49,978 nucleotides of DNA from an uncultured Bordetella sp. (GCA_964652785.1 CAZZDV010000006.1:1-49978); one strand, 5' to 3'. Counted from the first letter of the stretch, positions 9,772 to 18,373 are shown. The notes: generated by a model from the letters alone, not told the origin. Translations and numbers: made by a program.

Positions 9772-10821
9772 ATGCCGCTATTATATCGGCGCGCCTTCCT
9801 CCCACCGCGACCTCGCGCGGACTCATTGCTCTCGTTCCTCCGCAAACTTTTCCTTCTCGCATTCCTGGCCGTGCTCGCGCTTGGCGGCTATGCGGCGTAC
9901 TACGCGCTGACACCTGTCGGCACAGCGCGCCTGCCGGCCGAGTTCCAGGTCTCCGCAGGCAGCGGCCTGCGCTCCACTGCGCGCCAGATCGAAGCCAGCG
10001 GCATCCCGCTGGGCCGCTACCAGTTCGAGGCGCTGACGCGGGTGCTCGGCAAATCGCGCGAGATCAAGGCGGGCAGCTACGAGCTAACCGAGGCAACCAA
10101 TCCGCTGCAGCTGCTCGACAAGCTCACGCGCGGCGACGTCACGCAGGGTGAAGTGACCTTGATCGAGGGATGGACTTTCCGCCAGCTCCGCGCGGCCATG
10201 GCGGCAACTTCGGATCTTCGCGGCGACTCGCGCACCCTGCAGGATGCCGAGATCCTCAAGCGCATCGGCGTATCCGAAGAGCACCCGGAAGGCCTCTTCT
10301 TTCCGGACACCTACCTTTTCAGCAAGGGGTCGAGCGATTTCGACGTGTTCGCCCGAGCCTATCGCACCATGCAGCGCAAGCTCGCGGCCGAGTGGGCGGC
10401 GCACGACCCCAAGATCCCCTACAAAACCCCGTATGAGGCGCTGATCATGGCATCGATCGTCGAGAAGGAAACCGGCGCCGCTTCCGAACGCGACATGATC
10501 GCGGGCGTTCTCTTCAACCGGCTGCGCATTGGCATGCGCCTGCAAGCGGATCCGACTGTGATCTACGGCCTGGGCACGGGTTTCGACGGCAACCTGAGGA
10601 AGAAGGATCTCCTGGAGGACGGGCCGTATAACAGCTACACCCGCGCCGGCCTGCCTCCGACACCGATTTCGATGCCGGGGGTCGCCTCGCTGCGCGCTGC
10701 GATGCGCCCGGCGCAGACGCAGGCCATCTACTACGTCTCGAAAGGCGATGGCACCAGCCAGTTTTCGAACACGCTCGATGAGCACAATCGCGCAGTGTCC
10801 AGGTACCAGCTGAAGCGATAA
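9772..10821 (+). CDS. mltG: Endolytic peptidoglycan transglycosylase MltG (YceG-like)
   Basis: N-terminal TM segment LFLLAFLAVLALGGYAAYYAL, then EGWTFRQL, ASIVEKETG, DPTVIYG and YNSYTRAGLPPTPISMPG. The start is ambiguous between ATG 9772 and TTG 9826. Confidence 0.88.
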   Translation: MPLLYRRAFLPPRPRADSLLSFLRKLFLLAFLAVLALGGYAAYYALTPVGTARLPAEFQVSAGSGLRSTARQIEASGIPLGRYQFEALTRVLGKSREIKAGSYELTEATNPLQLLDKLTRGDVTQGEVTLIEGWTFRQLRAAMAATSDLRGDSRTLQDAEILKRIGVSEEHPEGLFFPDTYLFSKGSSDFDVFARAYRTMQRKLAAEWAAHDPKIPYKTPYEALIMASIVEKETGAASERDMIAGVLFNRLRIGMRLQADPTVIYGLGTGFDGNLRKKDLLEDGPYNSYTRAGLPPTPISMPGVASLRAAMRPAQTQAIYYVSKGDGTSQFSNTLDEHNRAVSRYQLKR

Positions 10822-10827
10822 TCGGGC

Positions 10828-11436
10828 ATGCGCGGAAAATTCATCACCTTCGAAGGCGTGGACGGCGCAGGCAAGTCGACTCATGTCGAGTGGTTTGCGA
10901 ACGAACTGCGCTCCAGCGGCCGCGCCGTGCTGGTGACGCGCGAGCCCGGAGGCTCGCAACTGGCGGAAAAGCTGCGGGACCTCGTGCTGCATGAGCCGAT
11001 GGATGCCGTCACCGAGACGCTGCTGATGTTCACGGCGCGTGACGACCACCTGAAGAAGTGCATCCTCCCCGCGTTGTCGGCCGGGACCTGGGTTGTTTGC
11101 GACCGGTTCACGGACGCGACCTTTGCTTACCAGGGCGGTGGCAAAGGGGTCGACGCTGGCCTGATCGACTCGTTGGCCAAGATCGTTCACTCGGGCACGC
11201 ACCCTGACTGCACGCTGGTCTTCGATTGCCCTTACGAGGTCAGCCGCGAGCGCATGGCGAAATCGGGCCGGGCACTGGACCGGTTCGAGCGCGAAGGACA
11301 GGCTTTCTTCGAGCGGGTCCGCAATGCGTACCTTGCAACGGCCAGGACGGAGCCGGGCAGGGTGCGTGTGGTGGATTCCACCCTGACCCTGGAGGCGATT
11401 CGGGCCGAACTGCGTTCGGTCATCAACGGGCTCTAA
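10828..11436 (+). CDS. tmk: dTMP (thymidylate) kinase
   Basis: Contains the P-loop FITFEGVDGAGKST and DRFTDATFAYQG. Confidence 0.93.
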   Translation: MRGKFITFEGVDGAGKSTHVEWFANELRSSGRAVLVTREPGGSQLAEKLRDLVLHEPMDAVTETLLMFTARDDHLKKCILPALSAGTWVVCDRFTDATFAYQGGGKGVDAGLIDSLAKIVHSGTHPDCTLVFDCPYEVSRERMAKSGRALDRFEREGQAFFERVRNAYLATARTEPGRVRVVDSTLTLEAIRAELRSVINGL

Positions 11437-12440
11437 TGACCGCGCCGATCTATCCCTGGACCGAGGATGCCTGGCAGCAGCTCGTTGCCCGGCGGGAAAA
11501 CCTGCCTCAGGCGCTGCTGATCCACGGACCCAAGGGCATCGGGAAGCTGGACCTTGCCCTGAGATTTGCGCAACTGATTCTTTGCGAGACGGCCGGCGCA
11601 AAGTCCCCCTGCGACAAGTGCGACGGATGCCGGTGGTTCCTGGCCGGTCAGCATCCCGATTTCAGGCTGGTCCAGCCCGAGGTGCTGGCGCCCGCGCCGG
11701 AACTGGATGAGGACGCCAAACCTGCCTCGAAGACCGCCAAGCCAAGCCATGAGATCAAGGTCGACCAAGTACGTGAACTGGCAGATTTCCTGAACATCGG
11801 CTCCCACCGGGGCAAACGGCGGCTGGCGCTCTTCCATCCAGCTGAAACGATGAACGCCAATGCGGCCAATTCACTTCTTAAGTCTCTTGAGGATCCGGCT
11901 TCAGGAGCCTGTTTTATAATGGTTTCAAATAATCCGAAAGGACTGCTCCCAACGGTTAGAAGCCGTTGTATCAGTGTCCCTTTAGCTATCCCGGAGGCTG
12001 CCGCGAGCAAAGCGTGGCTCAGGAGCCAGGACGTTTCCGAGGCCGATGATTGGCTGGCGTTTGCGGGCGGCGCGCCGCTGCTGGCCAAGGACTACTCGGA
12101 ATCCGACCGTGGCGAGCGCATCGCTCAATTGACCAAGATCCTCCGGCAGGGACCGGCGGGCCGCGACCTGCTGCTGAACTGGCCGGTGCCCGATCGTGAG
12201 CAGATCGAGATCCTGGCCGAAGTCTTGCAAAAGTGGGCCTATGACCAGGCTTTCCGGGCAGCAACCGGCTCTGGGAGATACTTCAATTTCAAAGGCACGG
12301 GACGTCCGGCGGCTGTTTCCAAGTCCCGGGACTGGGTCGGTTTCGCCCGCGAAGCGAGCCGGTACCGCGTTGCCGCGCGGCACCCGCTGAATCCCAAACT
12401 GTTTGCCGCCGACTTGATCGGGCGCATGCCGGGCGATTGA
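11436..12440 (+). CDS. holB: DNA polymerase III subunit delta'
   Basis: Contains HALLIHGPKGIGK-type LLIHGPKGIGKLDLA, the zinc module CDKCDGCRWFLAGQHPD, and NSLLKSLEDP...LLPTVRSRC. The ATG overlaps the tmk stop by 1 nt. Confidence 0.9.
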   Translation: MTAPIYPWTEDAWQQLVARRENLPQALLIHGPKGIGKLDLALRFAQLILCETAGAKSPCDKCDGCRWFLAGQHPDFRLVQPEVLAPAPELDEDAKPASKTAKPSHEIKVDQVRELADFLNIGSHRGKRRLALFHPAETMNANAANSLLKSLEDPASGACFIMVSNNPKGLLPTVRSRCISVPLAIPEAAASKAWLRSQDVSEADDWLAFAGGAPLLAKDYSESDRGERIAQLTKILRQGPAGRDLLLNWPVPDREQIEILAEVLQKWAYDQAFRAATGSGRYFNFKGTGRPAAVSKSRDWVGFAREASRYRVAARHPLNPKLFAADLIGRMPGD

Positions 12441-12491
12441 ATTCTGGGCGCTCGGGAACGATCGGCTCGTGAGGCTGGTCCAATTATGTAC

Positions 12492-12532
12492 CACAATAGT
12501 ATAAATATTCGCCGTAACAGGTGATTAGAGTC
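12492..12532. repeat. Upstream arm of an imperfect inverted repeat flanking the ankyrin gene
   Basis: CACAAT (12492-12497), TAAATATTCG (12502-12511) and ATTAGAGTC (12524-12532) are colinear, in inverted order, with the reverse-complement blocks at 13272-13314. Confidence 0.5.
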
Positions 12533-12543
12533 CATATCTCAGG

Positions 12544-13215
12544 ATGAACATGAATAAATTCAAGCTCGCTTCGTTTGGTCGACTGGTGGCTTTGTCAGTG
12601 TCGGTTGCAGCGCTTTCGGCGCCATCGATCGTCGCGGCCCAGTCGCTTGAAGGCTCCCTGCGCGCCGCACTCGATGGCGATCTGACTACGGTTCAGCGGA
12701 TCGTCGAACGAGGCGCCACGCCGGACACGGCAGACCAGGAGGGCAATTCGCTGCTCATGCTGGCCGCCAGATCGGGCCACGTGCCTGTGATTTCCTATTT
12801 GGTAGCCAACAAGGCGACGGTAAACGCCCGCAACCGTTATGGCGACACGGCGCTCATGGCCGCAGCGCTCAAGGGTCACTTGGAGGTCGCCAAAGTCCTG
12901 ATCGCGAACGGCGCGGAAGTGAACGGCACGGGCTGGGCGCCGCTTCATTACGCGGCTTTTGAAGGCCGGGCCGACTTGGTCAAGTTCCTGCTGGAGAAGG
13001 GCGCGGACAAGAATGCAGTGGCGCCAAACGAGTTCACGCCGCTGATGCTGGCGGTTCGGAACGGGCACGAAGACGCTGCGCGGGCGTTGCTCTACGGAGA
13101 TCCAGACGTGAACTACCGAGCCCGAAGCAGTGGCGATTCTGCTCTCAAGCTGGCCACGCAAAAGGGCTACGTGCCGGTGGTCGACTTGCTAAAGCGGGCC
13201 GGGGCGGTCGAGTAG
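12544..13215 (+). CDS. Secreted/periplasmic ankyrin-repeat protein
   Basis: Sec-type signal peptide MNMNKFKLASFGRLVALSVSVAALSAPSIVAAQS. At least 4 ANK repeats follow (GNSLLMLAARSGH..., GDTALMAAALKGHLEVAKVLIANGAEVN, WAPLHYAAFEGRADLVKFLLEKGADKN, FTPLMLAVRNGHEDAARALL). An alternative ATG at 12550 has better spacing to the AGGA. Confidence 0.88.
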   Translation: MNMNKFKLASFGRLVALSVSVAALSAPSIVAAQSLEGSLRAALDGDLTTVQRIVERGATPDTADQEGNSLLMLAARSGHVPVISYLVANKATVNARNRYGDTALMAAALKGHLEVAKVLIANGAEVNGTGWAPLHYAAFEGRADLVKFLLEKGADKNAVAPNEFTPLMLAVRNGHEDAARALLYGDPDVNYRARSSGDSALKLATQKGYVPVVDLLKRAGAVE

Positions 13216-13242
13216 CCGTTTCACCGGTCGATAGTCGAACCA

Positions 13243-13271
13243 GGTCTTGGAAATCAAGGCCTTCTTTTTTT
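13243..13271 (+). terminator. Rho-independent terminator of the ankyrin gene
   Basis: GGTCTTG-gaaat-CAAGGCC forms a 7-bp stem with one G-U pair. It is followed by TTCTTTTTTT. Confidence 0.7.
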
Positions 13272-13314
13272 GATCTAATTATCCGTTCGAATATTTAACA
13301 TAATACACATTGTG
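13272..13314. repeat. Downstream arm of the imperfect inverted repeat flanking the ankyrin gene
   Basis: GATCTAAT (13272-13279), CGAATATTTA (13288-13297) and ATTGTG (13309-13314) are reverse complements of the upstream blocks, in mirrored order. Confidence 0.5.
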
Positions 13315-13358
13315 TCCTTCTAATTGAGGTCAAGAAAGATCACAACCCAGCAGGATTC

Positions 13359-13796
13359 TTAGTTCATCTGATCCGCTGGAGGCACCGGGAGGCGCGCCAC
13401 CGGGACGCCTTCCTCCACGAGTTCGTCGTGCTCCGCCTGGGTGGCAATCCCACGGATCGCCCGGGCGGGAGACTCCTGGTAGAAGATTCGCCGTGCTTCT
13501 TCCGGGAACTGCTTGCCCACGTCTTCGCTCTTGGTCAGCAGTTCGTCCAGCATCTTCGAGTACAGCATCTGGGCGATGGCAAAGGCATCCCTATTTGCGC
13601 TCGCGGCCGGCGCGGGCGGATTTTCGACCGCACCCATATTGATGCGGGTCACCGAGGGCATGCGCTCGATCTGGTCATCGGCACACGTCGGGCAATTGAG
13701 GATCTGGCGGGCCTTTTGCGAAGTGAAGTCTTCGGCGGAGGAAAACCAGCCTTCGAACCGATGCCCGCCGGCACACTTGAGGTCGTAAACGATCAT
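13359..13796 (-). CDS. DUF1178-family zinc-ribbon protein
   Basis: MIVYDLKCAGGHRFEGWFSSAEDF...LNCPTCADDQIERMPS is the typical DUF1178 N-terminus. Confidence 0.8.
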   Translation of the reverse strand: MIVYDLKCAGGHRFEGWFSSAEDFTSQKARQILNCPTCADDQIERMPSVTRINMGAVENPPAPAASANRDAFAIAQMLYSKMLDELLTKSEDVGKQFPEEARRIFYQESPARAIRGIATQAEHDELVEEGVPVARLPVPPADQMN

Positions 13797-13912
13797 TGAC
13801 CGAGTGTACCCGATCGCACCTTGCGGTCTGCGCGCTGGCGCCGGGCGTTTCGAACGGCAGGCCGGACAAGCCGGTTAACGAAGGCTGTGGGCGGGGCATT
13901 ACAATCGCCGCC

Positions 13913-14959
13913 ATGCTCGCCGACCGCATCGAAGGGAAGTGGATCGACCTGTTCGCGGAAGTCTTCGCCAGGTGCAAGGTCGGCGCGGGCAACGCCTGCG
14001 CCATCCTTTCTGAGACCCAGTCGCGGCCCCTGAACGTCCAATTGGCCGAACTCGCGTTGCTGCAGTTGAAGGCGCGTCCTTTCCACATTGTTGTTCCCAC
14101 CCCGCGACAGACGGCTCCCGTGCCGATCCGGTCCACCGGGGCCTCGACCGTGCTCCAAAACCTCGCACCGGCGCTGGCAGCGCTTTCAGGCTCGGTCTTC
14201 GTCGCGGACTGCACCATCGAAGGTTTGATGCACGCGGCGGAGCTGCCGGCGATCCTCGAGGGCGGGGCCCGGGTGCTTTACATCTCGAACGAGCATCCGG
14301 AAGCCCTGGAGCGATTGGCCCCCTCCTCCGCCGATGAGCAAAAGGTGAGGGCGGGCATGCGCCTGCTGCGCTCGGCCAAGTCAATGCAGGTCAGCTCCAA
14401 AGCCGGTACCGAGGTTTCGATCCGCATCGAGGGCGCGCAGGTCGGCGGTGTCTGGGGTTACACCGAAAAACCCGGGACGCTCTCGCACTGGCCGGGCGGG
14501 CTCTGCCTGGCGTTTCCCAAGGCTGGCAGCGTAAACGGAACGCTGGTCCTTGCACCCGGCGACCTGAACCTGACCTTCAAGCGGTACGTCGAATCGCCGG
14601 TACGCCTGAGAATCGAGAACGACTACGTCACCGACATCGCCGGCACTGGACTCGATGCCGAGCTCATGCGCGAATATTTCGCCGCCTGGGGCGATCGCGA
14701 GGCCTACGCGGTTTCTCATGTGGGCTGGGGCATGAATCCGCGGGCGCGATGGGAGGCCCTGGCGATGTATGACCAGCGCGACTGCAACGGGACCGAGCAA
14801 CGCGCGTTCGCGGGCAACTTCCTGTACTCGACGGGTGCAAACGAAGTTGCGGGGCGGCACACCCTCGGGCATTTCGACCTGCCGCTTCGCCATTGCAGCG
14901 TGACGCTCGACGGCCGGCCGGTAGTCAAGGACGGCGTGCTGCAAGGCGATCTGGCATGA
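13913..14959 (+). CDS. 2,5-dihydroxypyridine 5,6-dioxygenase (NicX)-family protein
   Basis: 348 aa and colinear with NicX as I recall it: SSKAGTEV, LSHWPGGL, GTLVLAPGDLNLTFKRY, VSHVGWGMNPRARW, AFAGNFLYSTGAN, and GHFDLPLRHC (His...His-x-Asp iron-ligand positions retained). The ATG at 13913 is chosen; TACAAT lies 7 nt upstream and there is no Shine-Dalgarno sequence. Confidence 0.75.
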   Translation: MLADRIEGKWIDLFAEVFARCKVGAGNACAILSETQSRPLNVQLAELALLQLKARPFHIVVPTPRQTAPVPIRSTGASTVLQNLAPALAALSGSVFVADCTIEGLMHAAELPAILEGGARVLYISNEHPEALERLAPSSADEQKVRAGMRLLRSAKSMQVSSKAGTEVSIRIEGAQVGGVWGYTEKPGTLSHWPGGLCLAFPKAGSVNGTLVLAPGDLNLTFKRYVESPVRLRIENDYVTDIAGTGLDAELMREYFAAWGDREAYAVSHVGWGMNPRARWEALAMYDQRDCNGTEQRAFAGNFLYSTGANEVAGRHTLGHFDLPLRHCSVTLDGRPVVKDGVLQGDLA

Positions 14960-15699
14960 CCACGCTAGTCTTCCTGCACGGCATCGGCGGTGGTCGCGCG
15001 GCCTGGCAGCGGCAGCTGCCATTTTTCGAGGCGCGCGGCTACCAGACACTCGCCTGGGAAGCCCCGGGCTATGGCGGCATGCGGTCCGTCGACCCGTATT
15101 CTTTCGACAATGTCGCCCGCGAATTCGAGGCCGCGATCGACCGGCTCGGCGCCGGCCAGGTCGTGGCGGTGGGCCACAGCATGGGCGGCATGATCGCGCA
15201 GGAGGCGTACGCCCTCTTCCCGGAAAAGTTTTCCGCGCTGGCGCTGACCTTCACCAGCTCCGCGTTCGGCGGGACGAGCAGCGATTTCGCGCGCGAGTTC
15301 ATCGAGGCGCGCATCATGCCGCTCGATCTCGGGCGCACGATGGCCGAGATCTCCGCCAAGCTCATGCCGATGATGCATGGCGGCAATTCGGACCCCGGGG
15401 GCCTCATGCTGGCGGCACAGGTCATGGCGAGCGTCCCGCCCGAGACTTATCGCAAGGCGGTCGCAATGCTCACGACATTCAACCGGCGCGCGGGCCTCGA
15501 GCAGATCAGGGTGCCGACGCTGGTCCTCTCGGGCAGCGATGACATGATCGCGCCGCCGAAAATGATGGAGCGCATGGCGCAGAAGATCCCCGGCGCCGAG
15601 TACGTCTGCCTGCCCGGATGCGGCCATCTCGGGCCGATGGACCAGCCCGGTGCTTTCAACAGCGCCCTGCTCGCTTTTCTCGAGCGCAACAACCTGTGA
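14956..15699 (+). CDS. Alpha/beta-fold hydrolase
   Basis: Contains LVFLHGIGGG and the nucleophile elbow GHSMGGMIAQE, with a C-terminal GCGHLGPMDQP (catalytic His region). ATGA overlap with the upstream stop. Confidence 0.85.
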   Translation: MTTLVFLHGIGGGRAAWQRQLPFFEARGYQTLAWEAPGYGGMRSVDPYSFDNVAREFEAAIDRLGAGQVVAVGHSMGGMIAQEAYALFPEKFSALALTFTSSAFGGTSSDFAREFIEARIMPLDLGRTMAEISAKLMPMMHGGNSDPGGLMLAAQVMASVPPETYRKAVAMLTTFNRRAGLEQIRVPTLVLSGSDDMIAPPKMMERMAQKIPGAEYVCLPGCGHLGPMDQPGAFNSALLAFLERNNL

Positions 15700-16934
15700 G
15701 CGACCCGCGCTATTCGGTGGTGGGATCGAACTATCCGCTCACCCCGAAACAGGCCGAGCTCGTCCAGGTAGCCGAAAGCCTGGGACCGCAATTCGCGGCC
15801 CGCGCGGAAAAGTACGATCGCGAAGCCTCTTTCCCCTTCGAGAACTATGCGGAGCTGAGGAAAGCCGGCCTCCTCGGCCTGTGCGTACCCGAGAAATTCG
15901 GCGGACGCGGCGCGGACCTGCGCACCTATTCGATTGTCTCGGCAACCCTGGGGAAATACTGCGGCGCAACCGCCCTCACCTTCAATATGCACGCGTGCTC
16001 GACGCTTTGGCCGGGGATCCTCGCCGACGACCTCGACATGACGAGCGATCAGCGCGCCGAGCACGAAAAGTACCGCAAACTCCATTTCAAGCGCGTGGTC
16101 GAGGATGGCGCGGTGTATGCGCAGCCGTTTTCCGAAGGCAGCGCCGCGGCCGCGGGTAAAGCGCCCTTCGGGACGCTGGCCGCGAAAGTCGATGGCGGCT
16201 GGCTCATCAACGGCAGGAAAATCTTCGCATCGCTCTCGGGCGCGGCGAATTACTACGGCGTCCTTTGCACGGAGGACAAGCCCGATCCTTCGATGCGCGA
16301 CACGCTGTACATGGCGGTGCCGGGCGACGCGCCGGGACTCACCGTCACTGGCGACTGGGATCCGCTCGGCATGCGCGGCACGGTCTCTCGCACGCTGATC
16401 TTCAAGGACCTGTTTGTCGCGGACGAAGCCGCGATGATGCCGCGCGGCGTCTATTTCCAGGCTGCGAACCGCTGGCCGCACATGTTCACCACGCTTTCGC
16501 CTACCTACATGGGTATTGCGATTGCCGCCTATGAGTTCACGGTGAAATACCTGCGTGGCGAAGTGCCCGGCACGCCGCCGGTCAAGCGCCGCATGTACCC
16601 GACCAAGCAGATCGCGGTGGCCGAAATGTTCGTCAAGCTCGAGCAGACGCGCGCCCTTTTCCTGCGAATGCTCGAGGATGCGCGGGTCGACCCGCCCAAG
16701 GACGCGCGCCTGCGCGCCTACGCGACGCAGTACACGATCATGGAAAACGCCAACGACATCTGCAGGCTGGCGATCCGCACCTGCGGCGGCCAGTCGATGC
16801 TGAAAAGCCTGCCGCTGGAGCGCCTGTATCGCGACTCCCGCTGCGGCGCGCTGATGCTGCCCTGGACTGCCGAACTCTGCCTCGACCGCATCGGACGCGA
16901 AGCCCTCTACGAAGCCGGCGAAACGGACGCTTGA
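15696..16934 (+). CDS. Acyl-CoA dehydrogenase-family flavoprotein
   Basis: 412 aa with ACAD-like N/M/C domain order (FENYAELRKAGLLGLCVPEKFGG; GDWDPLGMRGTVSRTLIFKDLFV; RTCGGQSMLKSLPLERLYRDSRCG). The GTG start forms a GTGA overlap with the upstream stop. Confidence 0.8.
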   Translation: MSDPRYSVVGSNYPLTPKQAELVQVAESLGPQFAARAEKYDREASFPFENYAELRKAGLLGLCVPEKFGGRGADLRTYSIVSATLGKYCGATALTFNMHACSTLWPGILADDLDMTSDQRAEHEKYRKLHFKRVVEDGAVYAQPFSEGSAAAAGKAPFGTLAAKVDGGWLINGRKIFASLSGAANYYGVLCTEDKPDPSMRDTLYMAVPGDAPGLTVTGDWDPLGMRGTVSRTLIFKDLFVADEAAMMPRGVYFQAANRWPHMFTTLSPTYMGIAIAAYEFTVKYLRGEVPGTPPVKRRMYPTKQIAVAEMFVKLEQTRALFLRMLEDARVDPPKDARLRAYATQYTIMENANDICRLAIRTCGGQSMLKSLPLERLYRDSRCGALMLPWTAELCLDRIGREALYEAGETDA

Positions 16935-18373
16935 ACCTCTCGCGCCTGGTCGAGCGGTGGGCCGCCCAAACGCCTGACCGGGTCGCGCTGAATTTTCAGG
17001 GAGAGGACTTCACCTGCGGCGCGCTCTGGACGCGCACGCAGAACATGACCCGCGCGCTTGCCGGGCTCGGAATCAGGAAGTCCGATCGCGTCGCTTTTCT
17101 GGGCTACAACAATCCCGAAATGCTGGTGCTGCTCTTCGCCCTGTCGAGGCTGGGCGCCCTGCTCGTCCCGCTGAACTGGCGGCTGACCGCGAACGAGCAT
17201 CGCGTCGTGCTGGCCGACTGCAGTCCGGCGGCCCTGTTTTTCGAAAGCGAGTTTGCCGAGCATGCCGCGGGATTGCCCGTGGCGGCCAAAGTCAGGCTCG
17301 GCGAAGCGCTGCCTGAGGCGGACCCGCTGATCGCAGGCGACGACGCGGACGAGATGTTGATCGTCTACACCTCCGGGACGACAGGGACGCCCAAAGGGGC
17401 GGTACTGACGCAATCCGCGCTGCTCTGGAACGCATTCAATTCGATCCATGCGCACGACCTGGGCCAATCCGATCATGTGCTCTCTCCCCTGCCGATGTTC
17501 CATGTCGGCGGCCTGAACAACCAGACGTTGCCGGCGCTGCTTGCCGGCGCCATGGTGACGCTGCACCGCCGCTTCGAGCCCGGTCTGTGGCTGGCCGACG
17601 TTGCCGCGCGCAAGCCGACGTTCTCGCTGTTGGTACCGGCGACCCTGCAGGCGGTGATCAATCATCCCGATTGGGCCGCGACCGACCTGTCTTCGCTTCG
17701 CCTGTTGAACACCGGTTCGATGGTCGTGCCGGGGTCTCTGATCCGTGCATTTCACGATCGAGGCGTGCCGGTCGGGCAGATCTACGGTGCGACCGAAACC
17801 GCACCCATCGCCACCGTGCTCATGGCGCAGGATGCGTTTGCCAGGCCCGGCAGCGCCGGCAAAGCCGCCCTTCACTCGGAAGTCCGCCTGGTCGAAGGCG
17901 AAATCCAGGTGCGGGGACCGAACGTGATGCGCCGCTATTGGAATAACCCGGACGCAACTGCGGCCGTGATGACCGCCGATGGCTGGTTCAGGACCGGAGA
18001 CCTCGGGCGCTGGGACGAGGAGGGTTTCCTCTGGATCGACGGCCGGTCGAAGGACCTCATCATTTCCGGCGGCGAGAACATTCACCCGGCCGAGCTGGAG
18101 AATGTGCTCGCGGATTGCGCGTCCATTTCGGAGAGCGCGGTCATCGGCATCGAGGACGCCAAATGGGGTGAAGCGGCTTGTGCGATCGTCGTGCTGAAGC
18201 CGGGTGCTTCGCTCGACGAACCCGGCGTGCTTGCGCTGTTCAAGGACCGGATAGCCCGCTACAAGCACCCTCGCCGCGTCATCTTTGCCCAAAGCCTGCC
18301 CAGGAATGCCATGGGCAAGGTGCAGAAGTTCGAGCTGAAAAAACTCGTCACACCGCTAGCGCCGAACGCCTAG
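16931..18373 (+). CDS. AMP-dependent acyl-CoA synthetase/ligase
   Basis: Contains the AMP-binding motifs IVYTSGTTGTPKGAVLT, YGATETAP, GWFRTGDLG and the C-terminal PRNAMGKVQK. The TTG start forms a TTGA overlap with the upstream stop. Confidence 0.9.
   Translation: MNLSRLVERWAAQTPDRVALNFQGEDFTCGALWTRTQNMTRALAGLGIRKSDRVAFLGYNNPEMLVLLFALSRLGALLVPLNWRLTANEHRVVLADCSPAALFFESEFAEHAAGLPVAAKVRLGEALPEADPLIAGDDADEMLIVYTSGTTGTPKGAVLTQSALLWNAFNSIHAHDLGQSDHVLSPLPMFHVGGLNNQTLPALLAGAMVTLHRRFEPGLWLADVAARKPTFSLLVPATLQAVINHPDWAATDLSSLRLLNTGSMVVPGSLIRAFHDRGVPVGQIYGATETAPIATVLMAQDAFARPGSAGKAALHSEVRLVEGEIQVRGPNVMRRYWNNPDATAAVMTADGWFRTGDLGRWDEEGFLWIDGRSKDLIISGGENIHPAELENVLADCASISESAVIGIEDAKWGEAACAIVVLKPGASLDEPGVLALFKDRIARYKHPRRVIFAQSLPRNAMGKVQKFELKKLVTPLAPNA

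Noticed and set aside
10084-11601. 505-aa ORF antisense to mltG, tmk and holB
   Set aside because: Its composition is Arg/Ala/Pro/Gly-rich, typical of spurious antisense frames in high-GC DNA. The sense strand encodes three confidently recognised proteins, and I recognise no motif in the antisense product.
12544-13215. Ankyrin protein as a secreted anti-eukaryotic effector
   Set aside because: It has a classical Sec signal peptide, which implies a periplasmic or extracytoplasmic location. No secretion-system or chaperone genes lie nearby, so the effector role cannot be supported from sequence.
16907-18292. 461-aa ORF antisense to the acyl-CoA ligase
   Set aside because: This is a high-GC antisense frame. 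The sense strand carries all the AMP-binding motifs.
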